Shown in pieces: positions 31,456 to 40,799 of a stretch of 64,000 nt of DNA. The notes under the pieces were generated by a model. That model was not told the DNA's origin and searched no databases. It saw only the letters and a program-made list of their open reading frames with translations. Both the position numbers and the translations under genes were made by a program. Origin of the DNA: Candidatus Marinacidobacterales bacterium (lineage in GTDB: Bacteria; Acidobacteriota; Vicinamibacteria; Marinacidobacterales; SMYC01); NCBI GenBank assembly GCA_965237955.1, contig OZ250169.1:4768001-4832000 (forward strand), written 5' to 3'. Position 1 is the stretch's first letter, and every line of letters starts with the position of its first letter.

Positions 31456-32963
31456 GTCGTATTCTCGTCGTCGATGACGAAGAGTCCATGCGCCAGCTAC
31501 TCGAGATAGCGCTTGGTAAAGACGGCCACCGCATCACCGTCGCGGAGTCGGGCGGCAAAGCGTGCGAGCTCATCGACAAAGGGTCGTTCGATCTCGTCAT
31601 CTCCGACATAAAAATGTCCGACATGAGCGGTGTCAAGGTGTTGCGCCATATCAAAGAAACCGATCCGGGAATCCCGGTCATCATGGTGACCGCGTACGCG
31701 TCCGCAGAGACCGCGGTGGAAGCGCTGCGCCTGGGCGCGTACGACTACCTGACGAAGCCGTTCAAGATCGACGAGCTGAAAGCGAACATCGGTAACGCGC
31801 TCGAAAAACGCCGCCTCAAGGAACAGGTGGTCCACCTCAAGCGTGAGCTCAAACACAAGCACGGACTCGACAACCTGCTCGGCAGGAGCTCCAAGATGCT
31901 AGTCCCCTGTATCAGAAAAAAATAGACAAAGTAGAGCTTGCCGAAACCCTTCTAAGTGCATGAAGCTTATGAATCTTATGGGCTGGCGAAAAGCCTAACT
32001 TTGTATAGTAATCAAAGATCCAGGGGACTAGAGCTTTTCGATCACATTCGTGCGGTCGCGATCACGAGCTCCACCGTGCTCATTACCGGAGAGAGCGGCA
32101 CCGGCAAAGAGCTTGCGGCACGTGCCATCCATGTCGGAAGCCCGCGCGCGTCCGAAGGGTTCGTATCCATCAACTGCGGGGCCGTTCCCGAGGCCCTTCT
32201 CGAAAGCGAGCTCTTCGGTCATCTCAAAGGCTCGTTTACCGGAGCCATCACGAACCACAAGGGCCTGTTCGAGGTCGCTCACCGAGGCACGATTTTTCTC
32301 GACGAGATTGCTGAGATGAGTCCGACGATGCAGGTGAAGCTGCTGCGAGTGCTGCAGGAAAAGCGGATTCGGCGCATCGGCTCGACCGGAGAGATCGAAA
32401 TCGACGTGCGTATCCTGGCTGCGACGAACAAGAACCTCGAGCAAGGCGTCCAGGACAAGTCGTTCCGCGAAGGTCTCTACTACCGATTGAATGTGATTCC
32501 GATACACCTGTCCCCGTTGCGAGATCGTCGTGACGATGTGCCGCTCCTCGCGGACCATTTCCTCGTCAAGGCGCGGGAGTCGATGGGGAGGAACATCACC
32601 AAGATCGCCGACGAGGCCATCGAAATGCTCACGAACTACGATTGGCCCGGCAATGTGCGTGAGCTCGAGAACGTCATCGAACGCGCGGTGGCTCTCGAGG
32701 TGACGAGCGTGATCCTTCCCGAGCGGCTTCCGGAAAAACTGAGAGACTTCGGCAAAGTCCCGGCGGGAGGCGCGCCGGCCAGTGAAGACGAGGAGTTCCC
32801 CGAAGAGGGAATCGACTTCGCCGATCGGGTGGCGAACGTGGAACGACAGCTTCTTTCGTCGGCGATGAAGCATGCAGGAGGCGTCCAAACGAAAGCGGCG
32901 AAGCTTTTGAGAATGAACCTGCGGTCGTTTCGATATTTGCTTCAGAAGTACAACTTGAGATGA
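31452..32963 (+). pseudogene. pilR: PilR-like sigma54 response regulator interrupted by a MITE
   Basis: Receiver domain (31452-31925) and AAA+/HTH part (GESGTGKE, GSFTGA, WPGNVRELEN) are in the same frame; removing 129 bp restores ...SSKMLELFDHI... Confidence 0.9.
31899..32031 (+). mobile_element. MITE copy 2 (inside pilR; 5 substitutions relative to copy 1)
   Basis: Same ends and length; CTAG at 31899-31902 and 32028-32031. Confidence 0.93.
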
Positions 32964-32969
32964 CGAGGG

Positions 32970-34250
32970 TTGCGGCCATCGGCCATCAGCCTGACGCTCT
33001 TGGCGCTCGTTGCCTTCGTGGGTTGCGGGAGCGAGCCAGCGGCGGCACCGGCTTCGAAGATGAAGGTCCTTCTGCTGGGGTTGGATGGGGCTTCTTGGAA
33101 TGTGATGCAGCCTTTGCTGGATCGGGGGGCGCTTCCGAATTTGCAGCGGTTCGTGGATGAGGGTGTCTCGGCGCCGATGGAGTCCGAGCTTCCTTGCCTT
33201 TCCATCGTTTTGTGGACGAGCGTCGCAACGGGGAAGCTTCCCGAACAACACGGGATCCGTGACTGGTCCTACGTCGACCCCGATACCGGCGAGAAAGGTC
33301 TCATGAGCTCGACGCGCCGGCTCGTACCGGCGCTTTGGAACATCTCGACGGCCGCGGGACTTCGCGTCGGCTTCGTGAACTGGTGGGCCACGTGGCCCGC
33401 AGAGCCGGTGAACGGCTTCATCGTGTCCGAGCAGTTCACGCGCGCGCGGGCGGGTGAGGTGCTCGATCGCGGTACGTTTCCCGACGCGCTGATGGAAGAG
33501 GTCGCTCTCGACGGCGAGAGTCTCGACTGGCCCTGGCTGTCGCAACAACTTCGCTCGGGCGCGCTCAAAGTATTGTCCGATCGGGTCGGAGCCGGCGCCG
33601 TTGGCTCGCTCGAAGAGCGCACCCGTCAGGCGCTTTTCCTCTACGGGCAGGACTATCGGGGAGAAACGGCCACGTTCCACCTGCTGGCCAATCAGCCACA
33701 CCCACAACTCCTCGGCTACCTGTCGCGGAAAATCGACATCGCATCGCACTACATGTGGCAGTTTGGCTCGAGCCCAGAGTCCAGCCCAGACTCCAGCAAT
33801 GCCCCGAGCGACGAAGAGCTGTCTCGGCTACTGGAGCCCGTCTATCGCTACGAAGATGAGCTTTTGGGCCGTCTACTGGCTGCCGCGGGTCACGACATCA
33901 ACGTCGTCATTCTCTCCGACCACGGTTTTCGGTGGGAGAGCGATGGGTGGGGTCACGAAGAGACCGCGCCGCCGGGCATCTTCCTCGCCATGGGACCCGC
34001 ATTCAAGAAAAGCCAACGGCTGGCTTCGGTGCGGCTTTACGATATCGCGCCGACGGTTCTCCATCTGCTGCACATGCCGGTCGGGAAGGACATGGCGGGA
34101 GAGGTGCTCGTCGACGCTCTTGCCGACAACCGTCCATCTCGATGGATCGAGTCCTACGACGGCCTGGTAGACCACCGACGACCCGACGCGGAGAGCCCTT
34201 TCGAAGAGCGCATCCTCGAAGAGCTCAAAGCCCTCGGGTACTTGCGCTAG
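32970..34250 (+). CDS. Alkaline phosphatase superfamily (phosphodiesterase/nucleotide pyrophosphatase-like) lipoprotein
   Basis: Lipobox FVGC; LLGLDGASW, WTSVATGK, ILSDHGF, ELKALGY. Confidence 0.85.
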   Translation: MRPSAISLTLLALVAFVGCGSEPAAAPASKMKVLLLGLDGASWNVMQPLLDRGALPNLQRFVDEGVSAPMESELPCLSIVLWTSVATGKLPEQHGIRDWSYVDPDTGEKGLMSSTRRLVPALWNISTAAGLRVGFVNWWATWPAEPVNGFIVSEQFTRARAGEVLDRGTFPDALMEEVALDGESLDWPWLSQQLRSGALKVLSDRVGAGAVGSLEERTRQALFLYGQDYRGETATFHLLANQPHPQLLGYLSRKIDIASHYMWQFGSSPESSPDSSNAPSDEELSRLLEPVYRYEDELLGRLLAAAGHDINVVILSDHGFRWESDGWGHEETAPPGIFLAMGPAFKKSQRLASVRLYDIAPTVLHLLHMPVGKDMAGEVLVDALADNRPSRWIESYDGLVDHRRPDAESPFEERILEELKALGYLR

Positions 34251-34379
34251 TCCCCTGGATCTTTGATTACTATACAAAGTTAGGCTTTTCGCCAGCCCAT
34301 AAGATTCATAAGATTCATGCACTTAGAAGGGTTTCGGCAAGCTCTGCTTTATCTAGTTTGTTCTAATACAGGGGACTAG
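34247..34379 (-). mobile_element. MITE copy 3 (reverse orientation, at the TAG stop of the phosphodiesterase gene)
   Basis: CTAG at 34247-34250 and 34376-34379; one substitution relative to copy 1. Confidence 0.93.
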
Positions 34380-34608
34380 GGGCCCTGCCGCATGCCGCGT
34401 GTGTTGAGCACTCATCCACAGTTTCATCTGACTATCACCTAGCAAACGTTAGTCGGTCTACTAAAAATTGATTTATGCTCCCGACAAAAAGTGGAAGCCG
34501 GGTGTAGCGCCGGGCGGGGAGCATTCGGGGCTGGACGTTGGACTCACCTAATATGTTGATATGTAAGATGTTATGCTGTTAAGTCCTCGTTGGCCCGTCT
34601 GAGCTGAA

Positions 34609-34625
34609 CTGGCATGCCGGTTGCT
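34609..34625 (+). promoter_or_regulatory. Sigma54 (-24/-12) promoter upstream of the pilins
   Basis: CTGGCATGCCGGTTGCT: GG-N10-GC spacing; follows pilSR and precedes pilA. Confidence 0.85.
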
Positions 34626-34781
34626 TAAGGCAAGGCTAAGACAATGCGAAGATTGGTAACTGACTTTGTTTTCTTGCTTACCGGCAAGCTTTGGCTCGAC
34701 GTTGGGGGAATCCATGGGGCCGGGGACGACGGGTGAGCAAATCAGCCCCGCGTGCGCGCGGGTTTTAGGAGAAAAACCAAA

Positions 34782-35321
34782 ATGAAGAACAACAAAGGTT
34801 TCACCCTTATCGAGCTACTGATTGTGGTTGCGATTATCGGCATCATCGCCGCGATCGCGATCCCGAGCTTGCTCCGCGCCCGCGTCTCGGCTAACGAGGC
34901 CCAGGCGATTGGCGACACCCGTTCGGTGATCTCCGCTGAGCAGACGTACGCGTCCGCCAACGGTGGAATGTTCTCGAACTTGGTCAACCTCTGCCGGAAC
35001 GGCGGCAACTGCGCCGGCATCGGCATCCCGAACTATCCGACCGCCGCTCCGGAGTTCTGCGGTGGCGACCTCGGCCGCACTTCGCCTTACACGAAGTCCG
35101 GCTACTCGCGCCAGTGGACTGCGGGTCAGGCTCCGACGAACGTGTCGACGAACCTGGATCCGGCCAGCGTGTTGGACTACTGCTACGACTCCTCGCCGGC
35201 CAGCCTTGGTCTGACGGGTGCGCGTTCGTTCTCGGGCTCGGGTACCGGTGCGCTCTACGTGGATCCCTCGGGTGCACAGATCGCTTGCCCGATTCCCGCT
35301 GCTACCGCGTTTCTCGAATAA
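34782..35321 (+). CDS. pilA: Type IVa major pilin 1
   Basis: MKNNKG|FTLIELLIVVAIIGIIAAIAIP; AGGAG RBS. Confidence 0.92.
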   Translation: MKNNKGFTLIELLIVVAIIGIIAAIAIPSLLRARVSANEAQAIGDTRSVISAEQTYASANGGMFSNLVNLCRNGGNCAGIGIPNYPTAAPEFCGGDLGRTSPYTKSGYSRQWTAGQAPTNVSTNLDPASVLDYCYDSSPASLGLTGARSFSGSGTGALYVDPSGAQIACPIPAATAFLE

Positions 35322-35423
35322 CGTATAGAATGCGTGGGGTGGCGCCCTGGGGGGCGCCGCCCTAAAGCACAACAACAGAAAAAAGGTCCAAAAGAAGGCA
35401 CAGTAGTTGGGGGGGTCTTCAAA

Positions 35424-35978
35424 ATGAAGCATCGAGAATACAAGACGCGAGAGAAGGGGTTCACGCTGATCGAGCTTCTCATCGTCGTGGCCATCATCGG
35501 CATCATCGCCGCAATCGCCATCCCGAACCTCCTGAGGGCCCGGGTCTCCGCCAACGAGGCGCAAGCGATCGGAGACACTCGGAGCGTCATGTCTGCCAGT
35601 GCGACCTACGCTTCGGTGAACTGTGGGCTCTTCGCCGCCAACATGATGTGCATGACCACCGCCGGTGGCGGCGCGATTTGTATTCCCAACTATCCGGCGG
35701 TGGCACCGGAATTCATCGGCGGTGACCTAGGTCGCGTCACGCCCTACTCCAAGAGCGGCTACACGCGCGATTACCTGTCCAATGGGTTTCCGACCGCGGT
35801 GAGCCCTCTTTGCGATCCTGCTTCGATCCTGGATTTCTGCTACACCGCCTCGCCAACTCAAATCGGGTTGACCGGAGTGCGCTCGTTTATGGGCGGCTCT
35901 GCCGGCGCGATTTTCCAGGACACGACAGGCGTGCAAATCGCTTGTCCCGTGCCGATGGGCACGGATACGTTGAGTTAG
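35424..35978 (+). CDS. Type IVa pilin 2 (tandem paralogue)
   Basis: MKHREYKTREKG|FTLIELLIVVAIIGIIAAIAIP; similar to pilin 1 over its full length. Confidence 0.9.
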   Translation: MKHREYKTREKGFTLIELLIVVAIIGIIAAIAIPNLLRARVSANEAQAIGDTRSVMSASATYASVNCGLFAANMMCMTTAGGGAICIPNYPAVAPEFIGGDLGRVTPYSKSGYTRDYLSNGFPTAVSPLCDPASILDFCYTASPTQIGLTGVRSFMGGSAGAIFQDTTGVQIACPVPMGTDTLS

Positions 35979-36131
35979 CGGCGCGGCTGCCCGCGGTGGC
36001 GCACCGCGCGTGCGGCCATCGGCCGTCAGCACCCGTCTTGCGGTGTGGTAAAATAGCGCCTAAGCCCTGATAGCTCACCAGCAAAACCGAGCCCTGCAAG
36101 CTCCAACAACGCCTACACGGAAAACGCTCAC

Positions 36132-37067
36132 ATGCTTGTCGTCGAAACGATAGGTCTCACCAAGGACTACGAAATCGGGCACATCGCGACGAAGACGCGC
36201 CGTGCCCTTCACCGTCTCGATCTGACGGTCGAGGAAGGCGAGACGTTCGGGCTCATCGGTCCCAACGGCGCCGGCAAGACGACGACGCTGAAGCTCCTCA
36301 TGGGTCTCGTTTTCCCGACCGAGGGCGAGGCCAAAATCCTCGGTAGACCCGTCGCCGACCGCGATATGAAGCGTGAGATTGGCTATTTACCCGAGCATCC
36401 GTACTTCTACGACTACTTGACCGGTCGCGAGCTCCTTCTGTACTTCGGGCAGCTCTTCGGCCTCGAAAAGACCGAACGGCAGACGCGCGCGGAGGAGCTT
36501 CTCGAGAGAGTCGGGATGACGGACTCCGCCGATATGCCCCTTCGAAAGTACTCGAAGGGCATGACCCAGCGACTCGGCATCGCCCAAGCGTTGATCAACC
36601 GGCCGAAAGTGGTTTTTTTCGATGAGCCGATGTCTGGGCTTGACCCGGTGGGTCGACGCGAGATGACGCTTCTGGTGCGAGAGCTCTCGGAGTCCGGCGT
36701 AACGGTCTTCTTCTGCTCGCACATCCTGCCGGATGTCGAGCAACTTTGTGACCGTGTCGCGATTCTGAACAAGGGTAAGCTCGTCGAGATCGGGCGACTC
36801 AGCGAGATCTTGGATGTGTCGGTGCACACGGTGGAGGTCGTGCTCGACAACGCGAGCGCCGAGCTGGAGAAGCGAATTCGAGAGCACGCGCGCGACGTGC
36901 GCCGCACCGGAAACCGCCTCAGCGTCGCGCTCGCGGAGCCGGGCGATGTCGACGCGGCGCTCGAGATGCTCTCAGGTGATGGGGCGCGGTTGGTCTCGGT
37001 GACGCCGGTCACGCAAACCCTCGAGGATCACTTCGTGAAAGAGCTCGGGAAAGAGGCGGCGTCGTGA
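36132..37067 (+). CDS. ABC transporter ATP-binding protein (pilus-associated)
   Basis: GPNGAGKTT, YSKGM, FDEPMSGLDP. Confidence 0.93.
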   Translation: MLVVETIGLTKDYEIGHIATKTRRALHRLDLTVEEGETFGLIGPNGAGKTTTLKLLMGLVFPTEGEAKILGRPVADRDMKREIGYLPEHPYFYDYLTGRELLLYFGQLFGLEKTERQTRAEELLERVGMTDSADMPLRKYSKGMTQRLGIAQALINRPKVVFFDEPMSGLDPVGRREMTLLVRELSESGVTVFFCSHILPDVEQLCDRVAILNKGKLVEIGRLSEILDVSVHTVEVVLDNASAELEKRIREHARDVRRTGNRLSVALAEPGDVDAALEMLSGDGARLVSVTPVTQTLEDHFVKELGKEAAS

Positions 37068-37831
37068 CCAGCGTCGGCTACATCGCGCTCAACACTTACC
37101 GCGAGACGGTGCGTGACAAAGTGCTCTATAACCTAGTGCTGTTTGCGCTGTTGATGATCCTGAGCTCTTTCATTCTTGCGAAGATATCGGTGTACCAGGA
37201 GATCAAGATCATCAAAGATCTCGGGCTGGCTTCGATCTCGATCTTCGGCATGGTGATCGCGATCTTCATTGGGATTGGGCTCGTCTCCAAGGAAATCGAC
37301 AAGAGGACGCTCTACAGCCTTCTGCCGAAACCGATCTCGCGGGTTCAGTTCTTGCTCGGCAAGTATTTCGGGCTTTGTCTCACGCTATTCGTAAACGTTG
37401 CCATCATGACGGCCGGTCTCTACACATTGCTGTTCGTCATGGCGGAGCCGTTCGAGCCCTCACTTCTGAAGGCGGTGTACCTGATCTACGTCAAGCTCGC
37501 GGTGCTCGTCGGTGTGGCCCTTCTCTTCAGCACCTTCTCGTCCTCGATTCTCGCCGGTCTGTTTACCGGGTTCACCTACGTTGCCGGTTATTTCTCCTCG
37601 GATCTCAAGAACTTCGATAGTGTCGTCGAATCGGGTGTGCTTCCCGCGATAACGACGGCGCTCTACTACGTACTTCCGAATTTCAAGACTTTCGACATCA
37701 AGGCGCCGATCGTCGCGGGCGATCCGGTGCCGTTTTCTCAGATCGGATGGGCCACGGTGTACGCACTCGTCTACATCGCGGTGTTGCTTACGGTCTCCAC
37801 CTGGGTGTTTCAGAAGCGCAATCTCAAGTAG
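37064..37831 (+). CDS. ABC-2 permease (pilus-associated)
   Basis: Six TM segments; KEIDKRTLY; GKY motif. Confidence 0.9.
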   Translation: MTSVGYIALNTYRETVRDKVLYNLVLFALLMILSSFILAKISVYQEIKIIKDLGLASISIFGMVIAIFIGIGLVSKEIDKRTLYSLLPKPISRVQFLLGKYFGLCLTLFVNVAIMTAGLYTLLFVMAEPFEPSLLKAVYLIYVKLAVLVGVALLFSTFSSSILAGLFTGFTYVAGYFSSDLKNFDSVVESGVLPAITTALYYVLPNFKTFDIKAPIVAGDPVPFSQIGWATVYALVYIAVLLTVSTWVFQKRNLK

Positions 37832-37839
37832 TGAACGCC

Positions 37840-38706
37840 ATGAGGCTCAGGATCATCGTGTTGGCGGTTCTCGTCGGCGCACTCTATCGGATCCAAACTC
37901 ACATCGATGAGAAATTCGGGAACTATCGCGCCACCGAGGAGATCCTGTACGTCGAGAACGGCGCGGTGATGAAAAAGGTCATGGTTGGGTTCGAGAACCT
38001 CGCTGCCGATCTCTATTGGCTTCGGACGGTCCAGTATTTCGGTGGGCAGCGTTCACAAGTTACCGGCAAGAACTACGATTTGCTCGAGCCCCTCCTCCAC
38101 ATCACGATCGATCTCGATCCTGATTTCAAGATTGCTTACACCTATGGTGCGACGTTTCTTTCCGAGCCGTTTCCCATGGGAGCCGGGCTTCCGTCGAAAG
38201 GAATCGAGATTATCGAGCGTGGTATGGAGAACCATCCCGAGTACTGGCGTTTCTATCTCGACAAGGGGTTCATCTATTTCTGGCACCTCAAAGATTGCGA
38301 GAAGGCAGCCGAAGTGTTTCTCGAGGGAAGCGAGCTTCCGGGCGCCCCATATTGGATGATCGCGACCGCGGGTCGCACCCTCGGAGGCTGCGGCGAGCGT
38401 GACACCGCCCGCGGCCTTTGGCAGCTGCTCTATGAAACCGCCGAAACCGATCAGCAGCGCGACAACGCCGTCATCCACCTGAGGCAGCTCGATGCGCTCG
38501 ATCAGATCGATATCCTGCACGAGATCATCACCACCTACCATGAGAACACTGATGACTATCCGTCGAGCTGGCAGGAGCTCATCCAAGCAGGGTTCTTGAA
38601 GGGAGCTCCGCTCGACCCCACCGGGAGCCCCTATGTGCTCGATAGCACCACTCACGACGTAGAGCTGTCTCCGGCCTCCACTCTCGGGGTTCTCCCAACC
38701 CGGTGA
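37840..38706 (+). CDS. Membrane-anchored TPR-like protein of the pilin/ABC cluster
   Basis: N-terminal TM; AADLYWLRTVQYFG; LDPDF..AY; DPTG near the C-terminus. Confidence 0.7.
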   Translation: MRLRIIVLAVLVGALYRIQTHIDEKFGNYRATEEILYVENGAVMKKVMVGFENLAADLYWLRTVQYFGGQRSQVTGKNYDLLEPLLHITIDLDPDFKIAYTYGATFLSEPFPMGAGLPSKGIEIIERGMENHPEYWRFYLDKGFIYFWHLKDCEKAAEVFLEGSELPGAPYWMIATAGRTLGGCGERDTARGLWQLLYETAETDQQRDNAVIHLRQLDALDQIDILHEIITTYHENTDDYPSSWQELIQAGFLKGAPLDPTGSPYVLDSTTHDVELSPASTLGVLPTR

Positions 38707-39488
38707 CTCTTCAAGAAGAAGTTCCCTGGCTTCTCCCCGTCTTCGCAGCGCTCTTCGGCCTCGTTTGGGGAAGCTTCGTGAACGTCGTGATCCACCGGCT
38801 CCCTCTCGGGGAGTCGATCGTCTCGCCCCGATCGCGCTGCCCTGGTTGCAAGAACCTCGTCGCTTCCTACGACAACATACCCGTGCTCAGCTTCATCGTG
38901 CTCCAGGGGCGTTGCCGGCACTGTGAAGCTCGGATCTCCCTTCGGTATCCGGCGATCGAGCTCGCGATCGGCGCCGTGGCGCTTTTTTCGTTTCTGCGGC
39001 ATGGACCGAGTCTCGAATACGTCGTTGAGCTCACCTTCGTCGCGGCGATGGTCGCCCTGATCTTCATCGACTTCGACCATCAAATCCTCCCTGACACGGT
39101 TACCCTGTCGGGCCTCGCGCTCGGGTTGGTGCTAGCGTGGCCCCGGGAGGCGATCACGGTCGTCGATGCACTCAAAGGTGCCGCGCTCGGCGGTGGGCTC
39201 CTGTTTGCGGTGTCGGAAGTGTACTTCCGTATCAAGAAGGTGGAAGGCATGGGATTCGGGGACGTGAAGATGATGGCGATGGTCGGGGCTTTCCTCGGCT
39301 GGAAAGGCGTGCTCCTGACGCTGTTTCTCGGCTCGTTCACAGGCTCCATCGTGGGGCTCGCGGTCATCGCGATGACGAACGGTGACATGAAAACGAAGCT
39401 CCCGTTCGGTACGTTCCTCGGCATGGGCGCCATCGCCACCATCTACGCGGGCCCTTTCGCGATCGCCTGGTACTCGGGGCTGTTTTGA
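38703..39488 (+). CDS. pilD: Prepilin peptidase/N-methyltransferase
   Basis: GSFVNVVIHRLP, two CxxC motifs, GMGFGDVK, LPFGTFL. Confidence 0.97.
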   Translation: MTLQEEVPWLLPVFAALFGLVWGSFVNVVIHRLPLGESIVSPRSRCPGCKNLVASYDNIPVLSFIVLQGRCRHCEARISLRYPAIELAIGAVALFSFLRHGPSLEYVVELTFVAAMVALIFIDFDHQILPDTVTLSGLALGLVLAWPREAITVVDALKGAALGGGLLFAVSEVYFRIKKVEGMGFGDVKMMAMVGAFLGWKGVLLTLFLGSFTGSIVGLAVIAMTNGDMKTKLPFGTFLGMGAIATIYAGPFAIAWYSGLF

Positions 39489-39555
39489 CGCCATGACGCA
39501 AGCTGATATGGAGCGAGCTGATGGCCGCTGGCCGATGGCGGATCATGTCGGGTTG

Positions 39556-39790
39556 ATGATGTTCAGTCGCGAAGGACGAATTCGCCTCTTCCTCGCCTTC
39601 TTGATCCTCGTTCTCGTCCTCACCAATAGCCAGAGCCTCCAGGTGTCGTACCTTTCTCAGGTTCTCCTTACCGAGCTCTTCGAGACACAATCCCGCGAGC
39701 TTTCCCTTCGTATTGCTTCGGAAATCGAACGAGAAGCCGACGAACCGACACGGGTTTTGACGTCACGGCTTGCGAGCATCGCCGAAGCGG
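39556..39790 (+). pseudogene. 5' fragment of a membrane protein (possibly a sensor kinase)
   Basis: Single TM (LFLAFLILVLVL) plus helical region that runs in frame into an unrelated argF tail. Confidence 0.5.
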
Positions 39791-40071
39791 CCGCGATCCA
39801 GGGCTCCGACGCCGTGTACACCGACCGGTGGAGCGCGCCCGGCCATCCTGTCGACGACGCTCGGGCCGAGCTCTTGGCCCCGTTTCCGGTCAGCGCCCAG
39901 TTGATGGCGATGGCCAAACCCGACGCGTTTTTCATGCATTGCCTTCCGGCCGAGCGCGGCCGTGAGGTCACGGCCGAGGTGATCGACGGCCCGCAGAGCG
40001 TCGTGTTCGAACAAGCGCAAAACCGCCTTCATGTGCAAAAGGCGATCCTGACCATGCTGCTTGGCAGGTAG
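39791..40071 (+). pseudogene. argF: Ornithine carbamoyltransferase-like C-terminal remnant
   Basis: DAVYTD, FMHCLPAERGREV, EQAQNRLHVQKAIL; the N-terminal carbamoyl-phosphate domain (STRT) is absent. Confidence 0.85.
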
Positions 40072-40112
40072 CGCATCGCCCCCCTGCCCGTGCCCGACTA
40101 AAAACGCCCCTC

Positions 40113-40799
40113 TCACTTCGTCGCCCTGTGAATCGCCACGATCCCGCCGCTAAGTCGCCGATAACTCGCATCTCTCAACCCGGCCGTTCCCATCATTCCC
40201 ATTAGCGTGTCGGGGTCCGGGAATCCCATGATCGACTCGGCCAAGTAGCGGTACGCCTCTCCTTTCCGGCTCAACAAATCTCCCATGCGCGGTAATAATA
40301 CGTTCAAATAAAACCGGTACGGCGCGCGAAGCCAAATACCCTGAGGGTGCGAGAACTCGAGGATCGCAAGCGTGCCTCCAGGCTTCAGCACTCTTCTCAT
40401 CTCTCGAAGCCCCTTGTCCATATCCGCGAGATTTCGGAGACCGAACGCCACCGTGGTCGCGTCGAAGGTGTCGTCCAGAAACGGCAGCGAAAGCGTATCG
40501 GCAGCAGCGAGCCCGAGCGGGGTTTCGGAGCTTGTAGACTTCGATTGCGCTCGCGTCAGCATGTTCCAGGTGAAGTCGCACGCGACGCACCGGGCATGCC
40601 CGGCGATCTCGAGAGCGAGGTCTCCGGTGCCGCAACACAGATCGAGTACAACGTGCTCCGCGCCGAGACCTAGGGCCTCGACGACTCGACGGCGCCACGA
40701 ACGGTCGATGCCAAGGCTCAAAACGCGGTTCAGCAGATCGTAGCGGGGCGCAACGCCCTCGAACATCTGCCGTACTGAAGACGCTTGCGGCTGCGGCAT
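40113..40799 (-). CDS. ubiE: UbiE/MenG-family methyltransferase
   Basis: YDLLNRVLSLGID, LDLCCGTGD, AFGLRN, RVLKPGG. Confidence 0.92.
   Translation of the reverse strand: MPQPQASSVRQMFEGVAPRYDLLNRVLSLGIDRSWRRRVVEALGLGAEHVVLDLCCGTGDLALEIAGHARCVACDFTWNMLTRAQSKSTSSETPLGLAAADTLSLPFLDDTFDATTVAFGLRNLADMDKGLREMRRVLKPGGTLAILEFSHPQGIWLRAPYRFYLNVLLPRMGDLLSRKGEAYRYLAESIMGFPDPDTLMGMMGTAGLRDASYRRLSGGIVAIHRATK

Noticed and set aside
32028-33749. Long antisense ORFs (573 aa here; also 13163-14461, 62286-63626, 1123-2370)
   Set aside because: Shadow frames of well-supported genes in GC-rich DNA with no recognisable motifs.
33873-34366. ORFs 33873-34322 (-) and 33932-34366 (+) that include MITE-derived peptides
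   Set aside because: Antisense or out-of-frame overlaps of the phosphodiesterase gene created by the MITE; no independent support.
34425-34500. Possible PilR enhancer sites upstream of the sigma54 promoter
   Set aside because: GAC-containing AT-rich motifs are at a plausible distance, but no consistent consensus could be defined by eye.
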